From Myxococcota bacterium (GTDB lineage Bacteria > Myxococcota_A > SURF-8): a stretch of 64,000 nt of DNA. The translations under genes and the position numbers were made by a program. Below, piece after piece: positions 19,017 to 27,909 of this stretch; position 1 is the stretch's first letter, and the number at the start of each line of letters is the position of its first letter. Below the pieces are notes generated by a model. That model was given only the letters and a program-made list of their open reading frames with translations, was not told the DNA's origin and did not search any database. The stretch is taken from positions 5,824,001-5,888,000 of the forward strand of contig OZ223209.1 of assembly GCA_965140415.1 (NCBI GenBank), given 5' to 3'.

Positions 19017-19451
19017 ATGAAAGTGACTTCTCCGGCGTTTCATCACGGCGCTGCCATTCCGCAGCGTTACGGTTGCGGCAATGGGCGCAACTACCGTAAG
19101 CCCTCGATTCCTTTGAAGTGGGAACATGTTCCGGTCGGCACGCAAAGCTTCGTGCTGTTGATGGACGATCCTCACCCGGTGGCGCGGCATTGGGTGCATT
19201 GGCTTGTGGTGGATTTGCCCCGCGATTGCCGTGGCCTGCCCGAAGGCATAAGCGGAAAGGATATGCCGCCCACTGCGTGTGAACTACCGAATACCTGGGG
19301 TGAGCGTGGCTACGGCGGTCCCTGCCCACCCAGCGGTTCCCACACCTACCGCATTCAAGTGTTTGCGTTGGCAGAAGAAAACTGCACGCTGAAGCTGGAA
19401 TCCAGAAAATCCAGATCCTGGACCCCTGCCTGCGCAGGGGTGACAGCGTAG
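19017..19451 (+). CDS. YbhB/YbcL (PEBP/RKIP-like) protein, probably C-terminally truncated
   Basis: DDPHP, WVHW, GYGGPCPP.G.HTY motifs; last ~20 codons derive from a palindromic repeat. Confidence 0.75.
   Translation: MKVTSPAFHHGAAIPQRYGCGNGRNYRKPSIPLKWEHVPVGTQSFVLLMDDPHPVARHWVHWLVVDLPRDCRGLPEGISGKDMPPTACELPNTWGERGYGGPCPPSGSHTYRIQVFALAEENCTLKLESRKSRSWTPACAGVTA
19391..19444. repeat. REP/dRS3-like palindromic element (one full unit plus a remnant)
   Basis: CTGG-ACCCCTGC-CTGC-GCAGGGGT-GAC at 19418-19444; remnant GAAGCTGGAATCCAG at 19391-19405. Confidence 0.6.
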
Positions 19452-19545
19452 AAGAACCGCTAAAATCACATTAGAATCGTTCTAAAGTCCTTGTGTCTAA
19501 GGCTGAACTCAAGTAGAGTTTGGGCCGAAACCACAAGGAGGAGCC

Positions 19546-20175
19546 ATGCTGCGCGCGGTGATTTTCGATCTGGACGAGACCCTGATTTCTTCTGCCGAGG
19601 CAATTGTCAGTTTTTTTCGCAAGTTATACGACTATATCGACATGCCCTTTCCCGAAGCGGAAAAGGAGATCTTTTATACCGCCAGCGAAAAGGGGATTGT
19701 CGAACGATTGTTTCCCGATCCGGAGAAGCGCAAACTGGCCGACAAATTCAAACGAGAAGTCTACGATTTCGGCGATCATACCAGCAAAATCGAATTGAAG
19801 CCCTTCGCCCGCGAGGCGGTTGAGTATTGCCACGGACGCTACAAGCTGGCGCTGGCCACCAATCGCGGCGATACGACCCCGGTGGTATTGGAGCGTTTCG
19901 GTTTCACCGAGCTGTTTGAAATCGCCATTCACGCGAAAACGCTGGCCCAGCCTAAACCGCATCCAATTGTAATCGAAACGATTTTAGACACCTTGCAGGT
20001 CGAGCCGGAAGAAATCATCCTGGTGGGAGATTCACAGGTGGATGTCGAAACCGCGAAAAACGGTGGCATTAAATGCGTGATCGTCGGAGTCCATGCCAAA
20101 CCGGGGTTTGGCGATTACCAGCTTGAAGACCTGTCCGGTCTGCCGGGATTATTGCAGAAGCTGGAAAACGAGTAG
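19546..20175 (+). CDS. HAD-superfamily hydrolase (phosphoglycolate phosphatase-like)
   Basis: FDLDETL motif I, ATN, KPHP, VGDSQVD. Confidence 0.9.
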   Translation: MLRAVIFDLDETLISSAEAIVSFFRKLYDYIDMPFPEAEKEIFYTASEKGIVERLFPDPEKRKLADKFKREVYDFGDHTSKIELKPFAREAVEYCHGRYKLALATNRGDTTPVVLERFGFTELFEIAIHAKTLAQPKPHPIVIETILDTLQVEPEEIILVGDSQVDVETAKNGGIKCVIVGVHAKPGFGDYQLEDLSGLPGLLQKLENE

Positions 20176-20207
20176 CCAAGCCGCAGCCGAATCGAAACTT
20201 CGATCCG

Positions 20208-21758
20208 TTACGGGCAAGTGTCCAGATATCCTACGCAGATCTCCGCGATTCCATCGCAATCGTGATCGTATATCACACCGGTTTGCTGTCCCTGGCTATA
20301 CACGTAGCTTGTACAATTGCTGTCGTAAACCCCGTCGCAGTCGGTATCGGTTTTCATCGTAAGCCGATAGCCGTCAACCGAGTAGGTGTAATCGGTGCAG
20401 CCGTTGTCGGGAACTCCATTGCAATCCAGATCCGTTTCATCTCGTAACCGATTGCCGTAGGCATCGTAAGAATAGCGGTAGCAGTAGTGATCCGCCTCGC
20501 CGTCGCAATCCTCGTCCGCCTCGATCAGCAGCAGTTCGCCACGAGTGGAATAATGATAGTAGTTGCAGGAAATGTCCGCTTCGCCGTCGCAGTCGGTATC
20601 GGTAAAGTTGATCGCCAGGGTGTTATCGTCATTGTTTTGATAGCTGACACATTCATCGGCTTCGCCGTCGCAATCGTAGTCGCGACGCTCCGTCTGATCG
20701 CCGTTGGATTCATAAACCCGTTCGGAGCAGTAGTCCCAACTGTCGTCACAATTGAAATCGTAGCGGGAGGTTTCGGGATAACCCATATCCGTGAAGGTAT
20801 ATTCACTACAATTGCGATTCGGGGTACCGTCGCAGCCGTCGTCGGTATACATGCTCTGCAAATAGCCGCGCGGATCGCTGGTAAACGAGCTGCACTCTTC
20901 GTCGCGACCATCGCAGTTATTGTCCCGATAATCGAACGAAACCTGCCCGTAGGCATCGTATTCGTAACGGCTGCAATTCGCATCCAGTACGCCGTCGCAG
21001 TCTGTGTCCATACTTTCTGCAATGATTTTTCCCGCCTCGTTGTACCGCATGTGGCGGCAGGATTCATCGGCGGAACCGTTACAGGCCAGATCCTGATAAT
21101 CGTAGACCAGGCGACCTTCCGAATTGTACCAGCTTACTGCGCAGCGGTCCCAATGGTTATTACAGCCATTATTGGTGACGGTGCTGCGGCAGGTTAAATC
21201 CTGGAAGGGATCATCCGCATCCTGTTCGGCTTCCATTTCCCAGTCGATGTCGTACTCACGCTCCCATTCCCATTCGATGTCCGGGTCGCCATCCGTTTCG
21301 ACCTCAAATTCAATATCAAACTCAACATCGATTTCATCATCCAGTTCCATTTGTTCTGCTTCGTTGTATTCTATCTCCGTTTTATCGGTTTCCACATGTT
21401 CCCATTCCCAGCGGTCGAAGTCCCACTCCAAATCCGAAATCTCTTCGATCTCCACTGTATCCGGCATATCGATTGCATCGACTTCGTCCAGGTCGCCATC
21501 GGAAACGTAATCCCGTTCAACCTCTTGCAGCTCTGAGGTTTCCAATGGCTCGACATCCGCCACGTCCAGATCTCCGTCGCCGGTTAATGGGGAGTCTTCA
21601 TCCGTCAGATTCCCGTTCACATCGTTTTCAATCATGGACTCATCATCGGCATCACCCGAACCCCAAAGAATGGGGTTGGAATTATAACAACCCGAGACAA
21701 AAACCACGAGCAGCAGACAAAACGGCAGGAACACTCGAATTTTCACTGTTGTGAGCAT
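20208..21758 (-). CDS. Acidic lipoprotein with ~12 Cys-bridged DxDCDG/YD-like repeats
   Basis: Lipobox VSG-C; D/E-rich linker; ~27-aa repeats DxDCDGxxDxxC..YxYDxxG. Confidence 0.8.
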   Translation of the reverse strand: MLTTVKIRVFLPFCLLLVVFVSGCYNSNPILWGSGDADDESMIENDVNGNLTDEDSPLTGDGDLDVADVEPLETSELQEVERDYVSDGDLDEVDAIDMPDTVEIEEISDLEWDFDRWEWEHVETDKTEIEYNEAEQMELDDEIDVEFDIEFEVETDGDPDIEWEWEREYDIDWEMEAEQDADDPFQDLTCRSTVTNNGCNNHWDRCAVSWYNSEGRLVYDYQDLACNGSADESCRHMRYNEAGKIIAESMDTDCDGVLDANCSRYEYDAYGQVSFDYRDNNCDGRDEECSSFTSDPRGYLQSMYTDDGCDGTPNRNCSEYTFTDMGYPETSRYDFNCDDSWDYCSERVYESNGDQTERRDYDCDGEADECVSYQNNDDNTLAINFTDTDCDGEADISCNYYHYSTRGELLLIEADEDCDGEADHYCYRYSYDAYGNRLRDETDLDCNGVPDNGCTDYTYSVDGYRLTMKTDTDCDGVYDSNCTSYVYSQGQQTGVIYDHDCDGIAEICVGYLDTCP

Positions 21759-22058
21759 TCGTTGTCACTCCTTTTAAAACATCCAAAACAACATTGTTCT
21801 AACAACTTATAAGGTACCCGTTTTTACAGAAGGAAACAAGTGGAAGCTATCATTTAATGCACAAGGCATGAAAAGAGAGTATTTCGTTTTTGCCAAGCTT
21901 TGTTTGATCCGCCTAAGAAAATTACTTGTATCTGAACTCTGCTTCAGGTAAACTCGGATCACCAAACCAGAGCGCAACTGTCACGAAAGGAAGTACTCGG
22001 AACCGGAAGTTCCAGGCAAAGGCGATTGGCAACACCCCAAGCGAAGGAAGCGAACAAC

Positions 22059-22502
22059 ATGGCGAGCAAGAAAATCACCTCGAATATCGAAGATTATCTG
22101 GAGGCTATTTTTCGGATTGAGCGCGACCGTGGCGTGGTGCGCGTCAAGGAAATCTCACTTGCCATGGGTGTGACCTATCCCAGCACCAGTGGGATATTGA
22201 AGAAAATGGAACAGATGGAACTCGTGGAGCACGAGCGTTACGGCTACGTCAAACTAACGGAAAATGGACGCGCGGTTGCGGAAAAGATTTTAACGCGCGA
22301 AGAAAGCCTGCATCGTTTTTTAAAGAATGTACTGATGCTGCCCGATACGATTGCCCAGCAGGATGCCTGCCTGATGGAGCACGCCATGAGCGATGAGACC
22401 GCCGAACGACTGATCCCTTTCTTCGATGCCCTATCCAATCCCTCGGAAGAGATGTTAGGTTTTCTTAAACCGCTACAGGAACAGCTGTCGAACTCGAAAT
22501 AA
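22059..22502 (+). CDS. DtxR/MntR-family metal-dependent transcriptional regulator
   Basis: EDYLEAI, winged HTH, DACLMEHAMS metal-site motif. Confidence 0.9.
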   Translation: MASKKITSNIEDYLEAIFRIERDRGVVRVKEISLAMGVTYPSTSGILKKMEQMELVEHERYGYVKLTENGRAVAEKILTREESLHRFLKNVLMLPDTIAQQDACLMEHAMSDETAERLIPFFDALSNPSEEMLGFLKPLQEQLSNSK

Positions 22503-22585
22503 CGGAATAACAAATCGAGGCCACGGAACAATACGGAATAACGTTACCGTGTGCCTGGTTCTCATGCTCATACTGGAGATCTTTC

Positions 22586-23785
22586 GTGACGTACCGTGCC
22601 GGACAATCCGTGACCTATCAACCCCTTGGAACCCGAGCTCCGAAACCCCGAAGAAGCAAGAAACCCATTCTGTTTTTGTTGTTGTCGGTAATAATCGGTT
22701 TAGTGGTGGCATACTGCGTTTCCGAAGCTCCCGAAAACCAAAGCGAACCGCTTGCCGTGGCAGATGGCGATTCGGACAGCGACAGCGATTCGAAGTTGAT
22801 CCAACCCGCTTCCTTGGCTGAAGCCGGAGAGCAAACTCCCGATGGAGATCCTCCCACCGAGGCGGTTCAAGGCAAAGAAGTGGATGCCGATCAGGAAACG
22901 GTTGAAAACACAAACAGTACCGATACAACGCTTACAGCAGATACACCCGCAGCGCCGCAAGACGATCTACCCCATGTCATCAGCGGCGAGGTGGAACACT
23001 CATTGTATACTTCCTTTGCACGTCATTTCGACCGGGAAGACAAAGAGCAGCGCCTGATCGCCGAACAACTGGCGGCTCACTTTAAACGTATTTTCTTTTT
23101 CGATATCAATTTCAAACGCGATCTGCGCCCCGGAGATCCATATTCGTTTATCTGGGAGAAAACCGAGGATTCCACCGACGGCATACGCATATTGGCGGCA
23201 TCTTTTCATAGTCTGAAGAAAAAAGAGACATTCGAAGGCTATTTCTTTCAGCCGAGCGGAGCTAATTTCGGGCGGCACTATTTCCCCGATGGACAGAGTA
23301 CGCAAAAGGAACTGATTCACCCGCCACTGCACGAGTTCGAGCAGGTCACTTCGCTGTTACGCGACCGCCGCCCGCGTCATCTGGGCATCGATTTCAAAGC
23401 CCCCGTCGGGACGCCAGTATATATGCCTTACGACGGTAAGATTGTCTCTGTTTCCCGTCGTATCAAACGCGGCAATGGACGCTTCATCAAGTGCCGTTAT
23501 AGCGCAAAGAACCTGGAAGCCTTGTTCCTGCATCTGGACAGTATCGAGCCCGGTTTAAAGGCGGGGATGTCCGTTAAAGCCGGTACGCTTATCGGAAAAG
23601 TCGGCAATACCGGTCGTAGCTACGCACCGCATTTGCATTATCAGGTGCAGAAAAAACCGGGTGCCGTGTTGGATCCCTATAACGTGCATGGCGCAACGCG
23701 ACGCAAAGTGCCTGAAAAAGACAAAGCCGCCTTTTTGCGCGCGGTTTCCGCTTATCGCAGTGAAATGGGAGTTCCGGATAAATAG
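22586..23785 (+). CDS. Membrane-anchored M23 peptidase
   Basis: N-terminal TM helix; HLGIDF (HxxxD) and PHLHY (HxH) Zn motifs. Confidence 0.88.
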   Translation: MTYRAGQSVTYQPLGTRAPKPRRSKKPILFLLLSVIIGLVVAYCVSEAPENQSEPLAVADGDSDSDSDSKLIQPASLAEAGEQTPDGDPPTEAVQGKEVDADQETVENTNSTDTTLTADTPAAPQDDLPHVISGEVEHSLYTSFARHFDREDKEQRLIAEQLAAHFKRIFFFDINFKRDLRPGDPYSFIWEKTEDSTDGIRILAASFHSLKKKETFEGYFFQPSGANFGRHYFPDGQSTQKELIHPPLHEFEQVTSLLRDRRPRHLGIDFKAPVGTPVYMPYDGKIVSVSRRIKRGNGRFIKCRYSAKNLEALFLHLDSIEPGLKAGMSVKAGTLIGKVGNTGRSYAPHLHYQVQKKPGAVLDPYNVHGATRRKVPEKDKAAFLRAVSAYRSEMGVPDK

Positions 23786-23881
23786 AGTTCGTATTCGATC
23801 CTGGAGATAGGTATAGGCAAACCGAAACAAAGCCTGCTCCGTCTCTGCTTTCCTTCGACGCTCCTGTTTTTGTCTTTCCCG

Positions 23882-25426
23882 TTACCGGTTTACCGGAGCG
23901 ACTTCAATCGGTGGGAAACTAAGAACGAAGGTGGTGCCTTTTTCCGGCTGTGAATCCACCGCGATGAATCCCTTATGTGCTTCCACCACTTTTTTCACCA
24001 CCGATAATCCCAGCCCGCTTCCCGTAATGGCGCGTGTCGCCTGACCGCGTACACGGAAAAAGCGGTCGAAGATATTGGGCAGATCCTGGGCGTCGATACC
24101 GATGCCGGAATCGCGGATTTCAATACAACCCAAACCGTTACGGATAAAGCTGCTTACCTCCACCCGGCCTTGATCCGGCGTGTACTTGATGGCATTACCG
24201 ATGACGTTCATCAGTGCGCTCTTGAAATGGTCGTGATCGGCGTACAGTTGCCAGGGCGTTTCGCTCGGGGTATAGCCAAGCTCGATTTTCTTCTTCTCCG
24301 CCTGTAGCTGCAACACATCCACCACCGAAGTAAGGATGTCATCGGCTGCCAGCACTTCGAGGTTGAACACCTCCGCCCCGGATTCGAGCTTGGACAACGA
24401 CAGCAGGTTGGCGATCATCTGCAACAGTTCCTTGATACGCACTCCCATGCGAGTCTGAAGCCGTTCACAGGACGTGCCGGTCCAGGCATCGCAACCGGCC
24501 TGCATGGCGTAGACCATCTGCTCGATACTCGCCAGCGGCGCGCGCAGATCGTGCGACACCATCGCCACGAATTCCGACTTCTGCTTGTCTATCAATTTCT
24601 GTCCTGTGATATCCTCGAACACCGTGACCGAGCCAAGCACGTCGCCACCGCCGTTCAATACTGGCGAGCATTGAGCGCGCAGGTACTGGCGCGAAATTGC
24701 ACCGGGTGCGAACTCGCGCGTAACCGCACGGCCTTCCCGAATCACCTCCTGCACCATCTCCACGGCATCATTATCGCGGATGGAGATGTCCAAAGGCTTG
24801 CCGATCAACGGATCGGTTTCGATTTGCAGCACCTTGATCGCCGCCGGGTTGTGATGCACCACCAGCCCCTCACTGTTGGTGACGAGCACCGCTTCCATCA
24901 TGCAGGCGAACACGGTTTTCAGGCGGCTTTGCTCCTCTACGATCGTTATCAGATCGTGCGCCTTTTCGCTTTTAAGTTGTTCGGTTTCGCGCTGTAAAGC
25001 GCGCTTCTGTAACGCACGATCCACCACGATGCGAATGTAGTCTGGTGTAAAGGGCTTGCCCACGAAATCGAAAGCCCCCTGCTTCATGGCCATAACCGCT
25101 TTACTGACCGTGGCGAAACCCGTGATGACGATCACCTGGATATCGGGGCGATGCTCTTTCACCCAGGCCAGCACCTCGAAACCATCGATGCCGGGCATCA
25201 TCAAATCCAGCAGCAGTACATCGAACTCCTGCTGCTGCATGCATTCGATGCCCTTGCTGCCGTTTTCGGCTTTGACAATCGTATGCCCCAAGCCTTTAAG
25301 CGAGCGTTCGCAGCCTTCTCGAATCACCTGCTCGTCATCTACGATCAGCACCCGCGCGTGCTGCGGCGTCTCGTGGAGGAGGGCGGATGTTGCGCCTTGC
25401 TGCGATGATGGTGTAGTCTGACTCAT
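23882..25426 (-). CDS. Hybrid REC-PAS-histidine kinase
   Basis: REC (VDDE, LDLMMP, KPF), PAS, H-box SHDLRAPL, NAIKYT, DSGIG, GSGLGL; ATGA overlap with the receiver gene. Confidence 0.92.
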   Translation of the reverse strand: MSQTTPSSQQGATSALLHETPQHARVLIVDDEQVIREGCERSLKGLGHTIVKAENGSKGIECMQQQEFDVLLLDLMMPGIDGFEVLAWVKEHRPDIQVIVITGFATVSKAVMAMKQGAFDFVGKPFTPDYIRIVVDRALQKRALQRETEQLKSEKAHDLITIVEEQSRLKTVFACMMEAVLVTNSEGLVVHHNPAAIKVLQIETDPLIGKPLDISIRDNDAVEMVQEVIREGRAVTREFAPGAISRQYLRAQCSPVLNGGGDVLGSVTVFEDITGQKLIDKQKSEFVAMVSHDLRAPLASIEQMVYAMQAGCDAWTGTSCERLQTRMGVRIKELLQMIANLLSLSKLESGAEVFNLEVLAADDILTSVVDVLQLQAEKKKIELGYTPSETPWQLYADHDHFKSALMNVIGNAIKYTPDQGRVEVSSFIRNGLGCIEIRDSGIGIDAQDLPNIFDRFFRVRGQATRAITGSGLGLSVVKKVVEAHKGFIAVDSQPEKGTTFVLSFPPIEVAPVNR

Positions 25427-25809
25427 TGCAACCAATGGTGAATCCGATCCATCAATTCCGCCGGTTCCACGGGTTTGGGAATGTAATCCTCCGCTTCGCT
25501 TTCCAGCATGTCGCGATGGGTGTAGGTGCTGGAAGAGACGTGATCGGCCACGGCGGTAAGCAGAATCACCGGAATGCGCGCGGTTTCCGGGTTGCTTTTG
25601 ATTTTGTCGCAGGCTTCATGCCCGTCCATCACCGGCATCATGACATCCAGAATCACGAGATCCGGGTGAAAGCTTTGCAATTTGTCCAGGCATTCTTTGC
25701 CGTCGTAAGCGATTTCCGTTTGGTATCCCGCCTTGTCTACCAAAGTTCGCACCGCTTCCACGAAATCGGGATCGTCATCGACCAACATTACTTTCTTTTT
25801 TTCGTCCAT
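25423..25809 (-). CDS. Stand-alone response regulator receiver
   Basis: VDDD, LDVMMP, LLTAV, KPVEP; no output domain. Confidence 0.92.
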   Translation of the reverse strand: MDEKKKVMLVDDDPDFVEAVRTLVDKAGYQTEIAYDGKECLDKLQSFHPDLVILDVMMPVMDGHEACDKIKSNPETARIPVILLTAVADHVSSSTYTHRDMLESEAEDYIPKPVEPAELMDRIHHWLQ

Positions 25810-25859
25810 TATGCTTCCTCCTGTGAAAGTGAACGGTTAACTACCAACGCTACCTGTTT

Positions 25860-26786
25860 CTAATCGAGTTGCGGGCGCGGCAACAGTCCGGCCCGTTCGA
25901 CGATTTCATGAACCTTCTCTTCCCATTCGATTGCCATGACGTGCACCCCGTGTACGCCTTCGATCGTTTTCAGTTCCTGAATCTGCTCTACACACAGATC
26001 GATGCCGCGCTGCGGCTGCTCCTCTTTGGGTACGTCGGCAATGCGCTTGATGATTTCGTCGGGAATGTCCATCCCGGCCACCATGCGTTTCATGAACTTG
26101 GCCATTCCGGCGCTTTTAAGCGGCGTGACCCCTGCCAGAATATGAACCTTTTCGTGCAGGCCGCGCTTGCGCACGTCCTCCATGTATTTCTTGAATTTAT
26201 CCATGTTGTAGATGCACTGCGTCTGCACGAAGTCCGCCCCGGCCATGATTTTGAGTTCCAGCCTGGGAACGCGAATTTCATACGGATCGGCAAAGGGGTT
26301 GACGGCGCAGCCGATAAACAGTTTTGGCGCACCCTGGATTTCCTTGCCGGATGGGAACAGGCCTTCATCGCGCATGGTCTTGACGAGGTGGATCAACTGC
26401 ATCGAGTCGATGTCGAACACGTTTTTCGCTTCGGGGTCATCACCGAAAGTCTGATGATCGCCCGACAGACACAGCAGGTTGCGAATACCCATGGCCGAAG
26501 CGCCCAGAATGTCCGATTGCAAGGCGATGCGGTTGCGGTCGCGCACGACCATCTGCATATTGGGTTCGATGCCGTTTTCTTTAAGCAATAATGAACCGGC
26601 CATGGAACTCATACGCACCACGCTGGTCTGGTTGTCGGTGACGTTGCAGGAATCGGCGTTACCCGTAATCAGCTTGGCTTTGCGGTGAATCACTTCCGGG
26701 TCCGCGCCGCGCGGCGGGCCGCATTCCGCCGTAACGGCAAACGCTCCCGAACTCAGCACCTTTTCGAGATTACTTCCGCTTTTCAT
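25860..26786 (-). CDS. metF: Methylene-THF reductase catalytic subunit
   Basis: AECGPPRG, VTDN, RDRNRIALQSD, LSGDH, FVQTQ, GVHVMA; start 26786 overlaps the metV stop. Confidence 0.93.
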   Translation of the reverse strand: MKSGSNLEKVLSSGAFAVTAECGPPRGADPEVIHRKAKLITGNADSCNVTDNQTSVVRMSSMAGSLLLKENGIEPNMQMVVRDRNRIALQSDILGASAMGIRNLLCLSGDHQTFGDDPEAKNVFDIDSMQLIHLVKTMRDEGLFPSGKEIQGAPKLFIGCAVNPFADPYEIRVPRLELKIMAGADFVQTQCIYNMDKFKKYMEDVRKRGLHEKVHILAGVTPLKSAGMAKFMKRMVAGMDIPDEIIKRIADVPKEEQPQRGIDLCVEQIQELKTIEGVHGVHVMAIEWEEKVHEIVERAGLLPRPQLD

Positions 26787-27451
26787 TCCTGCATATCCTC
26801 CCTGACAATGCGCCGTGGGCCGCCGTCGCGGCTTTTTCTCCAACATTTGAAATCGCGCAGTTTGAGATAGTTGTCGAGTTGATCCAACTCTTTCAAGCGG
26901 TCGATGATCAACTGCCAGCCACAAGGAACATCTTTATCGATTTCACAGCGCCCCTGTGTGGAACCACCGCAGGGGCCATGGAAAATGCTTTTGGAACAAC
27001 GGGTTACCGGGCAGATGCCACCGGTGAGATGCAAGACGCAGTCTCCGCATGCCTGGCAGCGTTCCGACCATTCGCCCTGTTTTTCGGTCACGCCGATAAA
27101 GGTGGTATTGATAGCTGGAAGGATGGGAGTTTTTCCGAACCGTTCCGCCAGGAATTGAACGCCCGCACCGCAACCAAGCGACAACACGGCTTCGTAATCG
27201 TTTATGAAGGGGCGTAATACCTCAAGATACTCCGGGTCACACTGGCGTTCCAATGTCACTTCACGTGTCTCCAAGGGCTTACCCTCGGCCTCTCTAGCCA
27301 GTCGCAAGGTGGATGCCAGCACCTCGACTTCCTTCTCGCCACCCACCCGGCAGACCGTAACGCAGCCGAAACAACCTGCAATAAGCACCTTCTTGTACGG
27401 CTCGATCATTTTAAGAATTTCTTCCAGCGGCTTGCCACTCCCGGTGATCAT
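26783..27451 (-). CDS. metV: MetV Fe-S/Zn subunit of methylene-THF reductase
   Basis: GCFGCVTVC..GG, RQCD, CGAG, CQACGDC...CPVTRCSK...GPCGG; directly upstream of metF. Confidence 0.9.
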   Translation of the reverse strand: MITGSGKPLEEILKMIEPYKKVLIAGCFGCVTVCRVGGEKEVEVLASTLRLAREAEGKPLETREVTLERQCDPEYLEVLRPFINDYEAVLSLGCGAGVQFLAERFGKTPILPAINTTFIGVTEKQGEWSERCQACGDCVLHLTGGICPVTRCSKSIFHGPCGGSTQGRCEIDKDVPCGWQLIIDRLKELDQLDNYLKLRDFKCWRKSRDGGPRRIVREDMQE

Positions 27452-27909
27452 GGTTGCCCTTCTTTCTCGCTTGTTTCTTTCGGCGAAAGATCCTGCCGTT
27501 TTTGATTGATGATGCTGGGTCCAAGATCGGCGATATGGCTTGTCATGTCCGAAACGTGCGCCGCAAACTTTGCCCCTTCACCTGCGCTCAGGTTGTACAT
27601 GCGCACGCGCTCCGCTCCGATTCCCGCACTCTGCAACAACGCATCGGTTCGTTTGACGCGCTCTTTTGCTCGCAGGTTGCCTTTGACAAAGTGGCAGTCG
27701 CCTTCCAGACAACCGACGACCATCACGCCATCCGCGCCACTTTCAAATGCGCGCAACATCATCACCTCATCCACTCGCCCCGTACAGGGCACCATCACAA
27801 TCGAAGTGCTCTCCGGATATTGACGTCGTTCCGAACCTGCCAGGTCCGCAGCGGTATACGCTCAATGACGGCAGGCGAAGATCAGAATGTTCGGTCTGAA
27901 CTCGGTCAT
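27448..27909 (-). CDS. mvhD: MvhD [2Fe-2S] subunit, selenoprotein (UGA at codon 16)
   Basis: MTEFRPNILIFACRH-U-AYTAADLAG...VPCTGRV...GCLEGDCHF; TGA at 27862-27864 in a conserved Cys position; ATGA overlaps at both ends. Confidence 0.9.
27832..27848 (-). promoter_or_regulatory. Candidate bacterial SECIS hairpin
   Basis: CGGACC-UGGCA-GGUUCG stem-loop with a G-containing apical loop, starting 13 nt after the in-frame UGA. Confidence 0.65.

Noticed and set aside
27448-27909. mvhD as a nonsense pseudogene
   Set aside because: The stop is UGA at a conserved Cys position with a SECIS-like hairpin and intact coupling on both sides; Sec is the better explanation.
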